A stretch of DNA of 64,000 nucleotides from Octopus bimaculoides (lineage: Eukaryota), in assembly GCF_001194135.2 (NCBI RefSeq), contig NC_068982.1, positions 34,263,574 to 34,327,573 on the forward strand, read 5' to 3'. The position numbers and the translations under genes were made by a program. Positions 1 to 12,230 of this stretch are shown one piece after another. The notes below the pieces were generated by a model. The model had not been told where the DNA came from. It searched no databases and worked only from the letters and a program-made list of their open reading frames with translations. How positions within the stretch are numbered: position 1 is the first letter of the stretch; each line of letters opens with the position of its first letter.

Positions 1-188
1 TATCAAAGAGTATATATATGTATTTTAATACTTCTGTGACAACTAGTACTTAACACAACAAAGCATATACAAAGCTTTACATTTTACTTTTGATAATCTT
101 TTTCTAAAAAAGTGAAACCAGTCAAGTGAATAAACATCTTTAAAATTGCATTTTCAAACCTTCTTTCATATATATATATATATATATA

Positions 189-312
189 TTGTTGTGGCAT
201 TCCGTTGGTTATGACGAAGAGAGTTCCAGTTGATCCAATCAATGGAACAGCCTGCTCGTGAAATTAACGTGTAAGTGGCTGAGCACTCCACAGACATGTG
301 TACCCTTAATGT
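189..312 (-). mobile_element. 3' fragment of tRNA-head SINE family A
   Basis: Matches the 3' part of the copies at 2468-2849 and 31511-31889 (gttccagttgatcc...gtggctgagcactccacagac). Confidence 0.8.
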
Positions 313-677
313 AGAGAAATTTGTGAGATATCATCATCACCATCATTATCTTAACACCCACTCTTCCACGCTTGCAATGAAATTTTGTTGTGGCAGCTTT
401 CCTACAGCTGGATGCCCTCCACCTGTTTCCAAATAAGGTAATATTTCCCCATGGCTGGACAAGTTTTCCTGGAAGACTGGGAACAAAGGAGACTGCTTCC
501 ATGATGATAACTTTTGTTTATAATTCACACACGATTACAAGGCAAGGAAATTGTAACACATGCGCACACACACACACGCGCGCACACTGGGGTGAAGGGA
601 GAGAGTATTTAGAAAAAAATATATAAAAATATGAAATTACTATTTTTAAATCTTACAAGAGATATTCAGCAACAGTA

Positions 678-1029
678 CTTTGGAGTAAAGATTTTTGCCA
701 ACATAACATGGCAGTCCTGGTTTAGGACGAATGTTGCTGTAATTTAGCCCCAGGAGACATCGTCTCCAGCTGGCTATACATGATCTGTGTCCTTATATTT
801 TTGAACAAGTGAATCTAGCACCCCCACTCAGCTCAAAACAATATGTGTATTGTGATACACAGATATTGTTTTGAGCTGAGTGGCGGTGTTAGATTCCCTT
901 GTTTGAGAATATAAGGACACAGATCACGTACAGCCAGCTGGAGACGATGTCTCCTGGGGCTAAATTACAGCAACATTCGTCCTAAACCAGGACTGCCATG
1001 TTATGTTGGCAAAAATCTTTACTCCAATG
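678..1029. mobile_element. 352-bp fully palindromic MITE (Tc1/mariner-type TA TSD)
   Basis: Left half is the reverse complement of the right half, centre near 853; TA at 676-677 and 1030-1031. Confidence 0.85.
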
Positions 1030-1639
1030 TAAAAATATGTTTAACATGAAACCATATTTTAAAAAATTTTTTAGCAAAGCTAATATAATGATTAACTGCA
1101 GTCATACAAAAATCTCATCTCATCTATATCCAGTTCAAAGAAGTATGACTATGCAAATTCTTTACTTCAATGCAACAATGGTAAGTTCACCTTACTCCCT
1201 TAATAGCAACTGCCTCACACTTCTGTTATCAACCTGCCTAAGACCTGCCCTGGTTTTCAATACAAATTTTTCATTTTAAAGTGGTTTAAATTAAAACCTT
1301 CCATCAAAATTTTTATATTAATTAATGTTCTCCAGTTTAATAATGACACGGGTCTTTTACTAAATTCTTCATTATTTTCAAGACTAACTGAAACAAAGGC
1401 TGTGTATTTCAAAACAGAAATATAGTAACAAAAGGGTGAAAACATTGTTTCATTGAGCTAAAGTATCTTCAAATGATGGCAGAGGAATAAAAAATGATTT
1501 TAGTCTAACCAAGAAATACTTGGCAAAATAGACATTCTCAACCAATGTTCCTTTTGTGCACAGAAATTTATGTTGTGTGCAAATTGTTTCTTTGCAAAAT
1601 AAGTGTGCGTCCATGTGAGTAACCATTGCTCAAATTTCT

Positions 1640-2010
1640 TCATCATCATCATCCTCATTGTTTAAAGTCTATTTTCCATGCTGGCATGGGTTTGACGATT
1701 TGACTGATGACTGGCAAGCCAGTAGGCTGCACCAGGCTCCAATCTGATCTGGCAAGGTTTCTACAGCTGGATGCCCTTCCTCACACCAACCACTCTGAGG
1801 GAATAGTGGGTGTCTTTTACAAGCCACCAGCACGGGAGCCAGTCAGGCAGCACTGGCATCGACCACATTCGGATGGTGCTTTTTACGTGCCACCAGCACG
1901 GGAGCCAGTTAGGGGGCATTGGTATCGACTACATTTTGATGAATCTTTTTACGTGCCACCGGAACGGGGAGCCAATGAAGTGGCACTAGCATCAGACACA
2001 GCTTAGATGG
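1640..2010 (-). mobile_element. RTE-tail repeat (LINE 3' UTR or RTE-dependent SINE) with three ~70-bp internal repeats
   Basis: (CAT)n tail, ctggatgcccttcct motif and tandem ttttacgtgccaccagcacgggagcc units; the same family occurs at 48480-48740 and in the 3' UTRs at ~18430-18580 and ~63250-63700. Confidence 0.75.
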
Positions 2011-2119
2011 AACAGTGTTTCCAGCATAATTATTCTTTCAGTCACTACAAAAGATGAAACAAAGCATCACGTCCTCAATGCATATGTAGTCTGATAACAT
2101 ATATAAATTTATTCCGTGA

Positions 2120-2450
2120 AAAATGTAGTGTTAGTAGGAGTCTATCAGGACTTTGTTCTCAGCCCCTTCTTCTTTATTATAGTTCTCCAGGCTACAGTGG
2201 AGAAGTTGATGACCATCTGCCCCAGGAAGCTCATGTGTGTCATCAATCTAGTTCTGATAGCCAAATCAGTCAAAGAATTAAATGATAAATTCCAAATATA
2301 GAAGCAATGCCAAAAATGAAGATGTCTAAAAATTAACCAAACAAATACAAAAGCCTTAGTAAGAAAGAATACAGAATTCTATCATTTTGGCAGCACCAGT
2401 GTGAGATATGTAGAAAAGGAGTTGATAGAAATTCTATATTCGTTTACGCT
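2120..2450 (+). mobile_element. Degenerate RTE-clade LINE reverse transcriptase fragment
   Basis: ORF 2116-2301 VGVYQDFVLSPFFFIIVLQA is a decayed GVHQGSVLSPLLF..YADD region, followed by a C-x2-C-RKGV remnant. Confidence 0.8.
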
Positions 2451-2467
2451 GTGTATACTGTGTGGGA

Positions 2468-2849
2468 GTGGAGGCGCAATGGCCCAGTGGTTAGGGCAGC
2501 GGACTTGCGGTCGTAGGATCGCGGTTTCGATTCCCAGATCGGGTGTTGTGAGTGTTTATTGAGTGAAAACACCTAAAGCTACACGAGGCTCCAGCAGGGG
2601 ATAGTGGCGAACCCTGCTGTACTCTTTCACCACAACTTTCTCTCACTCTTACTTCCTGTTTCTGTTGTGCCTGTAATTCAAAGGGTCAGCCTTGTCACAC
2701 TGTGTCACGCTGAATATCCCCGAGAACCACGTTAAGGGTACACGTGTCTGTGGAGTGCTCAGCCACTTGCAAGTTAATTTCACGAGCAGGCTGTTCCGTT
2801 GGTCGGATCAACTGGAACCCTCGACGTCGTAAGCGACGGAGTGCCAACA
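2468..2849 (+). mobile_element. Full-length tRNA-derived SINE family A
   Basis: A box tggcccagtggtt, B box gtttcgattcc, short (aac) tail, 11-bp TSD actgtgtggga (2457-2467 and 2850-2860). Confidence 0.9.
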
Positions 2850-5402
2850 ACTGTGTGGGAATAAGAGGTATATTGTATATAAGCAGGAAGGCCAAAATGA
2901 AAAACTTGTTTGTAGGAGATGCACTGGAGTAGGTAGCAAAAAGAGCACACATTAAATAAATCATTTCAAATTTCCCATAAGTAATTGACGTTTTCTGTTA
3001 TCTAGGTGATTCAATTAGCTCAACGGAAATAATTGTCAGTGGTAAGGTACTATACTCAAAGATGTCAAACTATAGTAACGTAGAGTTACTTATTAAAATG
3101 AAAACAACATTGTATCTGACACAACTCCTCTACATCATAGTACAAGACTGACGGTCTGATATTAATTACTAGTGTGCTGATATAGGACGAGTTTTTGACA
3201 GATAAATACATGGAATGGTGCCCATGAGATGTGTCTAGCACAGCCTTGTTTACATTTTAAAAAATGACCTCTTTGCTACTAATGTATGACAGTATGGGTG
3301 TGAGGTAAGTGAACTGATCCTCATTTTGAATTGTTTAAAAGGTCCTCTGGACTAACTGTGAAATTTATGTCCAAAGTGAATCTTCCTCCTTTTTTTGTGT
3401 GTGTATATGTTTGGATATTTCAGGACATTTCTGTTTCAGGAATTAAGTGATGCTTTATCTTTATATCTCAGTAGTATTTCAAAAAGTGTGAAGATGGTGA
3501 AATTGGCCTATACTTTTTGTCTTTGGCCATGTTTTTGTTCATTAGCTTAGGATTACAGTTTGAGATAAAATAGATTTTCTATGATAAATATCTTTATCAA
3601 GAAATCTTTGCAACAGTATAATATTTATTTAGAACAATCTTAAGAAATTTGTCAGGATCATTGACAGCATTTCTTTGGATTTCTCCTTTTCCCTCTACAA
3701 CTTCTCATTTCTCTGATATGTTTTGTGAAGAACAAGCTTTAACACTGTAAATCTGATCAAAAAAAGTTTGTTAATTAAAGACAGAGCAGTATTGTTTCTA
3801 TAAGATCTTTTCCTGTATTTCTAAAACCATATCAGAGTATTTTGTTCATATTTAGGATTAAGTGATGCAGTGATTTTGTATTTAAAAACTATTTTAGATT
3901 TAATTTTGTGTTATCAAAAGGTTTCCTTTCTTAGTGATGTTTTACATTATTGATGAGGGTTTTAAATTGAGTTTCAGCTGGTACTTCTGTCATCTAGAAC
4001 TGTTGTAGCATTATCAATAATTATATATTTGTGTCAAACAACTGAGATATGTAGCACATTGCTGTACTTAGGAAGACCTACACACCATAACAGAATTGAG
4101 ATTCTAAAACCAAAGTGCCATGTAAAAAGAATTAGTGTGGGTACTGGTGCCACGTAAAAAGCACCCAGTACACTCTGTAAAGTAGTTGTCATTAGGAAGG
4201 ACATCCAGCTGTAGAAGCCAAGCTGAAACAGACTATAGAACCTGGTGTGGTTCCTAGTCATGCCAGATGATTTTAATTTGTTAAGAATGATTTTATCTCT
4301 CTGGGGGCCATGTTTCATTTTTTACTCTTTGATGCAATGGGTTGGAACATTATTAAGTCAGGTATTAGTGCTTTGTCTCCAAATAACATCCAGGCCACTT
4401 CAATATCAATTAAAGTTTTCAAAAAGAATGAGCTCAACACCTCAGTTTAAGCTCCATCACATTCCAGTTTCATTTTTCTCAGATTCATACAACCAAATTG
4501 TAAAGCAATTGAAAGAAGGTGATGAGAAACCACTGCAGTATCTTTCCTAAGAAAAATAATGAATCTTCAGAATATCTGCTTAAATATAAAAAATATTTTA
4601 ACTTTTCTCAAAGTTATCACACATTCTCCTATTCAGTTGTAGGGGCTTTTTAATCTAACAGATTACAAAGTAACTAATGATAGTTTGACTTACAGAACAC
4701 TGACTTATAATTAATGCAATAAAATCCAGGAATGTCTTCGTCATCCACTAAGAATTGAATCATAAATAGTTTATTCTTGATTCTTCAAACAAGGTTCATT
4801 TTTTTTTCTCTTGCTTCCCACTAACAATACTTAACGAAAAAATTCTTCTATACTTACAACAGGTTAACTAAACATTATAGGAAACAAATATTTATAATTA
4901 GGACATAAAGAAAAATAAATGAGGCTTGTAAGTCCTGTGCGCAGTATTTGAAGAAACTGTCATACTTAGAGAAAATAATATTTTGCAAAGGAAAAAAAAG
5001 TAAGCCCTGTGAGCAGTATTTGAAGAAAGTGTCATAGAGAAAATGTATTAAAATACATTTAATTATGTAAGGTAGACAACTGAAACCAAATTCAATTAAA
5101 GGGAGGCAACTACTTTAAACTGTGGTCCGTTGCTCTGCACTAGTTACCTTTTGTACGTTCTTAAATAGATAAAAAGCAGGAAAACAAAATAAAAACAAAA
5201 AATTTTCCTCAATAAATACGCAACACACAGACGGAAACAAACAATAACAAAAGTCAGTCAAATTCCAATATTTCAGGAAAAGGTGAACTTTAACATAAGT
5301 TGGAATTTCACCGTATTTACCTGGACTTCTCAAATTTTGTTTTGCATCTTGCACTTCAAACAAAAAATCAATGATCTTTCAACGTCGCCTCCCATCATAC
5401 TC

Positions 5403-5509
5403 GGGGCGGAGATAAAGAATACGTACACCACCCGTTTTCGGCGTAAGGAAAACCTTAACCCTAACTCTAACGCTAAATACCGGGTGTACGTATTCTTTAC
5501 TTTCGCCCC
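5403..5509. mobile_element. 107-bp mini inverted-repeat element with a telomere-like spacer
   Basis: 27-bp arms ggggcggagataaagaatacgtacacc / ggtgtacgtattctttactttcgcccc; spacer contains aaccttaaccctaactctaac. Confidence 0.6.
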
Positions 5510-6319
5510 TTCAAGACAGCCATCACCATTAATTTTTTTCCTCTCATGTTATAGTACTCCATATCCTGGGAAAAGAAAAGAAAAAGAAACATCTGCTCCA
5601 CCGCTTCAGAATCACTGTTACTCTTTAGGATTTTCTCCGTTTTCGCCCAGATTTTTCAATACCACGCACTTCCAAATGAATTGATGTGAGAGCTTTTTCT
5701 ACAAAATAATAATAATAATAAAATAACGAATTTGAAATCCATAAATTTCCAGTGTCTCCCCCATTCTCGCATTTTTATAGTAAAAACACAAAAATACCCC
5801 CAAAACACATTTCGTACCTACCTTTCCTTCATCCCACCATACATTTTACAGTTAGTATGAAATTTTTATAGTATTCCGAACTCTGAAACACTTGTAATTT
5901 GCATTAAAAAAATANNNNNNNNNNNNNNNNNNNNNNNNNNNNNNNNNNNNNNNNNNNNNNNNNNNNNNNNNNNNNNNNNNNNNNNNNNNNNNNNNNNNNN
6001 NNNNNNNNNNNNNNNNNNNNNNNNNNNNNNNNNNNNNNNNNNNNNNNNNNNNNNNNNNNNNNNNNNNNNNNNNNNNNNNNNNNNNNNNNTTGATGTGTGA
6101 AAAACAAAATTAGAATTTTGAAAGAAGTATCATTAAAATGATAACTTCAGTTGTTTTAAAATGTAGAAAAGAATATTGTTTAATTGAAGAAAAGTTTAAT
6201 GGGGCCAACAATATCACGTTTTCTCCTCTCGTTCAGAGTTCAAATTCCGCCGAGGTCAACTTAGCCTTTCATCCCGCTGAAGGTCAATAAAATAAGTGTA
6301 GCACAAAAGCCCCATAGTG

Positions 6320-8690
6320 AAAGTGGACAAAACTCCCACGATTATATTTTTCGATTATTTTTTCGTTTTTTCACCTTTTACTTGTTTCAGTCATTAGACT
6401 GCAGCCATGCTGGGGCACCGCTTTGAAGAATTTTTAGTTGAACGTATCGACCCCCAGAACTTTTTTTCCTTTTTACTTGTTGCATTTATTAGACTGCGGC
6501 CATGCTGGGGCACCACCCTGAAGTACTTTTAGTCGAATGTATCGACGCGAGAATTAACATTTTTTTTTACTTGTTGCAGCTATTAAACTGCGGCCATGCT
6601 GGGGCACCACCGTGAAGAATTGGTAATTTTTCAGATTAACATTGATGTAAATGCTTTCCCTTTTGTTAGAATTCAGACAATATGTACATTGAGTCTTGTG
6701 TTGTGTTCTGTTATTCTATTATTAATCTTAAGGTTGATTTATTTTCATTTTCAAACTTTAAAATTTTTCTTAAAACGAGGAAAATAATTGAAACACACGG
6801 AACATACCATTGTGAGGGACATTGATGTTTTGACACCGTTTTTCGATTGAATATATTATGCTTACTTAAAAATTGGAATTTTGGAAAATAATTTTTCTTT
6901 TACAATCGCGATTTCCGTTTTTGTTTACGCGAAATTATAAAAAATAAAAACTTGTAAGATTTAGCTGTTATTTCTAGCATGTCGATAGACCTTCTAGGCT
7001 TAAATTCATGCGCTGGTTGAAAATCACCTTGTAGTGAAACCTCGGGCATTCAATCATAAATGATAACGAAGCTGCTAACATCTAGCCTTCGGCTGCCTTG
7101 GACCCTTCTGTCCACCATTCTGATTGGTTCTCATTTGCGCGGCAATTGTCCCCATGTTCTGCTTGCTAAGGGTGGATTACGTCCAATCGTGGCCTTCAGA
7201 TAAAGTCACGTGAGAGAGAGTTTTCCACACCAATATCAACACACTCGGTTTTATATCGACACTGTTTGAGTGGATTGTTTCCACCACGAGCAACAGTCAG
7301 AACTAACTAGCGAGAATATTCCGTATCAGGTAAACGGTCACAGCATTCGACGCTCAACACACATATTGTGATACTACAGCTCTGCTACTTGGCCACAACC
7401 TCCTGCGTATGAACATTCTATCTCCTTGTGTAACTCTAATACGAACTGGTATTTCTCTATCTCAGTGTTTGAGACTTGTAGTCTGTGTTACAGACACTCT
7501 ATGTTCTGTGTTCCTCTCATTCACACGCACACTTTTACTCTCACATATTGTACACACACTATTGCTTATACGACTGTTCGTTACTTCACATTGTTGTATA
7601 CATTCTCTTGAACACGAAGGCCTGACTTATCTACTGTATTATTTATATATGTCGCATGCACGCACACAGACACAAGCAGTTTAACTATGTTAATAAACTT
7701 ACTCTCTATATGGGTTGTCTGTCCTAAGTTCTTTTACTGGCACCATGGCTCGTATCTCTCACGACGAGCCTTCTATCTTATATATCTTATTTTGTGTTCG
7801 ACCGTGCGACATGGTAAAAAGGAGCCTTTTCCGTCTACGTCGCCATCTCCTTTGGTTCGCACGGTCGAATTATTACAAACTGGTGACACCAATATCAACA
7901 CACTCGGTTTTATATCGACACTGTTGCTCGTGGTGGAAACAATCCACTCAAACAGTGTCGATATAAAACCGAGTGTGTTGATATTGGTGTGTACCTGGTG
8001 GTGGGGTTGCTGGCGCACGACATTGTGGTAGATAGTAGATTGGTGGTGAACTGGCTGTAGCTATGTTCTGTATGTGTGGTCAGCGACCAGACCTGTGAGA
8101 GATCTGGAATCGAAGACGACTACCGTCGTTGGATCGGGCTTATTATAGCTGAAATAGGATTCACCGGAAACCCAGAAAAACTCTCTCTCACGTGGCCTTA
8201 TCTGAAGGCCACGATTGGACGTAATCCACCCTTAGCAAGCAGAACATGGGGACAATTGCCGCGCAAATAAGAACCAATCAGAAGGGTCCAAGGCAGCCGA
8301 AGGTTAGATGTTAGCAGCTTCGTTATCATTTATGATTGAATGCCCGAGAGAGAGGTTTCACTACAACCTAAAAATATTCTGGGGTCGATACAATCGACTA
8401 AAAATTCCATATGTTGGTGTCCCAGCATGGCTGCAGTCTGATGACTACAACAAATAAAAAGAAGTAAAATGATTTATATCACAGAAGTGGCTTTGATCAA
8501 ACTTTAAAAAAATTCTGGGTTCCATACAGCCATCTAAAAACTCTTCAAGGTGGTGCCCCAGCATGGCCGGCCGCAATCTAACTGCAACAAGTAAAAAAAA
8601 AAAAAATTCTGGGGTAGATACATTCAACTAAAAATTCCCAAAACGAAAGTATAACCGAAAAATATAACCGTGGGGCTTTTGTCCAAAGGG
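6320..8690. mobile_element. Fold-back host element with arms made of tandem SINE-C 3' fragments; right end aaaggg|TTAA (piggyBac-like)
   Basis: 6320-6620 and 8370-8690 are inverted copies, each with about three ~95-bp units (cagccatgctggggcacc...atcgaccccagaa) plus a ggacaaaa.cccacg.ttatattttcg terminus. The left TTAA end was not seen. Confidence 0.55.
7030..8365. mobile_element. TG...CA element with long inverted arms and 4-bp TSD (rearranged LTR-derived or Ginger-like non-autonomous element)
   Basis: Starts TGTAGTGAAACCTC, ends GAGGTTTCACTACA, ACCT direct repeat on both sides, arms of ~190 bp nearly identical. Confidence 0.75.
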
Positions 8691-10394
8691 TTAAGTACTA
8701 GTTGAGCAAAATTTGAAACAAATATTTCTTGTATGGGAGATGAAAGAAATACTATGTAAATTCAGTTTTATAGGAATTATGCTAACACAAATAAGATAAG
8801 TATTAGTATATTCTTGTTCTAATTTAATTTGTGTGTCGTATAGAAAAAAGATTTTACAGAGTGGCAAAAGTTTTTAAAAAACTCGAAAAATAAGGAAAAT
8901 GAAACAAAAGCAAAAAATTTCATGTTAATCAGGAAAAGTACGATTTTGTTTAATGAGTATAACAAGCGTTTCAGAGTGTGGAATAGATAAGACACTTGCC
9001 CAAGGTGCCATGCAGTGGGACTGAGCCCGAAACCATGTAGTTCAACCACTCAAAGTATTTCAAATTCTCACCAGATTATTTTCAAAAAATGTAGTTCTGA
9101 TGAAGTTCTGTATGCTAAGGACAAAAATCGCATTCAATTTTTTATTTCTAGAAATTAATAAGGAAGTTAGAATTTTCAGCTTATAAAACTACATTTTTTG
9201 GAAGAAATTTAACAAGATTCCATTTTAGTGATGGTTGCTGTTCCAAAGCATTGATAAGATGTGTATGTGTGTGAGGGGACACCTTTAAATTACATGAATT
9301 AATTTTTTTGTTGTTCTGCAAATGTGGATTACATGTTTCAAAAAATGGAATACTATAACACACAAAGAAAAAAAACATTGTGATTGCTTTTGTGAAGGAA
9401 TGAGGAGGGGGAGGATTAAAAAATCATGGATTTCAAGCATTTTAATTTTTAGAAAAAGCTTCCCACCACATCTTTTTGAAGTGCGTAGTGATTCGAAAAA
9501 TCCCAGCCAAAACGGATAAAATTCAACTTATGTGAAACAGCTATTCCGAAAGTTTGCTCAGAAAGGGTTTACGTTTGAAGCTAATGAGGTCAGGTAACTT
9601 CATAAATGTTTTGAATTTAATTTCCATTTTCACAAATAGGTAACTGTAAAATATCAATTAATTTTGTCTTTTTACATTCAAACGTTGATCGTTGTTGGCC
9701 AACATGTTTTTAGGTTCAGTATTTCGTAGACTAGAAACGAAGTTATTTGTTGCAACAATATTTGAATCAACCTATGTTGTATGTAAATGTTAGAAAGGTG
9801 TCTGGAAAAAAGTTACTGAAAAAAAGCCACATTTTATTTAAATACTACAAGCAATTCAAGTAATAAAACAAAATAATTTAAATCACTTATTAACTGACTA
9901 CGTGACTTATACACAATTTATATGTGAAAAAACGAAACTTCTCAATTTCTTTAGTAAAACAAGACAATGAAACAAAAACTTTCAAGTCAGTTATTTATTG
10001 ACATTACATGACGTGTTTACAGATTGTTAACACCTTACATAGTATCGTGGCGTTACTTGTATATTCATTTTTGCTTTTAATGTTGATGACTAAGGCGAAT
10101 ATTCCACCCAACGCCACTAAGAAACTCTGTCACAGTCTTGTTCTGTCAAGTAACACACAAATCATGAAGGCGTTCTTTTTATTTTTTTCCTGTGACTTTT
10201 TTGTAACGATTCGTAAGCAATAAGAGGTTCCCAGCAGCTACTATTCATTAGAACAGAACCTCCAAGTAATTAATAAACCAAAACTCCTTGGCAATCTTTA
10301 AGCAGTGGTCTGCTTGCTATTTTGTAAACTCTATTAAACAATTTAATCAGTATAGTCTCTTAGGAACTGCAGGTGCCATATTTATACAAATAAT

Positions 10395-10590
10395 CCCAAA
10401 ATTTTGCGGGGTAAGGGACTAGTCGATTACATGAACTCCAGTGTTTCATTGGTACTTAATTTATCGACCCCGAAAGGATGAAAGGCAAAGTCAACCTCGG
10501 CGGAATTTGAACTCAGAATGTGAAGATAGACGAAATACTGCTAAGCATTTTGCTCGATGTGCTAATCATACTGTCAGCTTGCCGCCTTAA
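10395..10590 (-). mobile_element. tRNA-derived SINE family D
   Basis: gaccccgaaaggatgaaaggcaaagtcaacctcggcggaatttgaactcagaa core; this family has more than 20 copies in the window. Confidence 0.85.
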
Positions 10591-10898
10591 TATTTATACA
10601 AATAACAACGAATTTATTACTTACAGTGCTCAGAAAAGGGTAAAAGAAGTAACAGAAAGCAGCAGTAAGTCAAGTCAAGAATGACTGCAATGAAAGCTAG
10701 AATGCTTGGGATGCACAGAATAAAAATGAAATCAGAAACTGAGCACTAAAAGAGCCATAAATAGGAAAGGGTGTACAGGCAAGACAGAAGTAGTGTTAGT
10801 AAATTTCAGGAAGCATGGAATTTCTAAAGAATGCAGTATCTGGACAAATAACAACTGACGTGGGTATTTTATTCCATGCTTCAACAATTTTGAATGTA

Positions 10899-11760
10899 CA
10901 GACTGTCCTCATTTAACGACCAAGTTACGTTCCAACAGCCCCGTCGTTAAGCAAATTCGTCGTTTAACGAATATTCATAGGGTACGTATTTCTTTTATAG
11001 GTATAGTGTACTGTACGTACATATAAAAACAGAATACCGTACCGTATAAAGTATATGCAGTACAGGGCCAAGAATCACTAACATAAATTGTTGAAAAATG
11101 AATAAGTAACAGCAAAATTATCACAAGGAGAACCTTAAAAGGTTAGGATATGGATACTGTATTATTGTAGCTCAGACATCGTAAGTATGTTTGTGATTCC
11201 AGGCCTAATAAACTTTTCTCAGGATTATATAGAAAAGGTGAAAAGGTTTAAAGGAAACTCAAACATAATAACTTTGTTTTACTTTGGATAAAGATTACAA
11301 AAGCAACTCATTCTTGACATCAAAATGCTTGAAAAATCCCGTCAGTGTTGTTTGCTTTGTTATCTTCTTTTTTTCGTAATAAATTTCTCGATAACATCGG
11401 AAAAGTTCAGTTGTCTGCCTTTCCACCTTGGAAAATCGCTCAAACTTTGCATCCATCGCCTCAAGTTCTAGCATAGCAGTAGTCTGTAATGATTTTCATT
11501 TTCGTGTCAAGGTCAATAGCTCTCCGTTGTTTCTTGGCGCTTCCTGCTTCAGGTGAAGATGTATTCTTCCTCTTTGGAGACATCTTGTAGTATGGGGTGC
11601 AAGAGATAATGGAAAAAAGAGACGAAATAGTAATATAGGTACAGAGAGCGTCACTGTGTTGCCTGGCTGACCACAGACGGGAGAGTGAGAGAGCGAGCGT
11701 GTCGGAGGGTGAGGCTGGGTACTCGGGATGTTCTGCCGTCACGACGGCAGTTCTTGCACA
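10899..11760 (-). mobile_element. Internally deleted pogo/Tigger transposon
   Basis: TA|CAGACTGTCCTCATTTAACGACC TIR. ATG at 11583 gives MSPKRK...KKQRRAIDLDTKMKII (psq HTH), joined directly to a C-terminal ERFSKVER...CYREIYYEKK..TKQTTL segment. The right TIR was not seen. Confidence 0.8.
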
Positions 11761-11919
11761 GCGCACTATACGACAGTCAAAGTTTTTGTCTGTAAAAAAC
11801 ACAAAACAAAGCTTTGTTGTGCAGTTGATAAGTCTACTTTATAACCACATGGTTTCAAGTTTGATTTTACTGCATCCCCTTTCGGCAAGTTCATTGAAGG
11901 TTGACCAATACCATCAACA

Positions 11920-12230
11920 TCATCATCATCATCATCATTCTATGTCTGTCAGTTTTTCCATGTTGGATGGGTCTTCCTCAGAAGAATGTCTTTACACCTG
12001 CTTTAATTCTTTGTCATTTCCTTTGTGAGGAGATTATCTTTCATTCGTTCTTCCCATGTCTTTTGGTCTTTCTCTCTTGTGGGATCCTTCCACTTGGGTG
12101 GTTTGGTAATTTTACACAACCGTCATGCCCCATACACATCACATGTCCATACTGGTTCAGTCTTGTTTCTTGCACACTACATCTGATTCCTTTTATACCC
12201 ACTTTTTCTCTTAGCTCATTTGTACTATTA
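11920..12230 (-). mobile_element. RTE LINE 3' end
   Basis: Minus strand reads ELREKVGIKGIRCSVQETRL..YGHVM, followed by a (GAT)n tail. Confidence 0.75.

Noticed and set aside
2468-2545. tRNA gene calls here and at other SINE heads
   Set aside because: The A/B boxes continue into SINE bodies with TSDs, and there is no complete cloverleaf.
1133-3304. Plus-strand micro-exon chain (SKKYDYANSLLQCNN-GDSISSTEIIVS-DKYMEWCP*)
   Set aside because: The last acceptor is weak, no family was recognised, and there is a donor downstream of the stop.
4928-5045. ~45-bp direct repeat (gtaag.cctgtg.gcagtatttgaagaaa.tgtcata); also short tandem duplications near 53435, 54010 and 19733-20050
   Set aside because: These are ordinary local slippage duplications with no further structure.
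6370-6620. CRISPR-like repeat array
   Set aside because: The context is eukaryotic, and the units are degenerate SINE fragments without unique spacers or cas genes.
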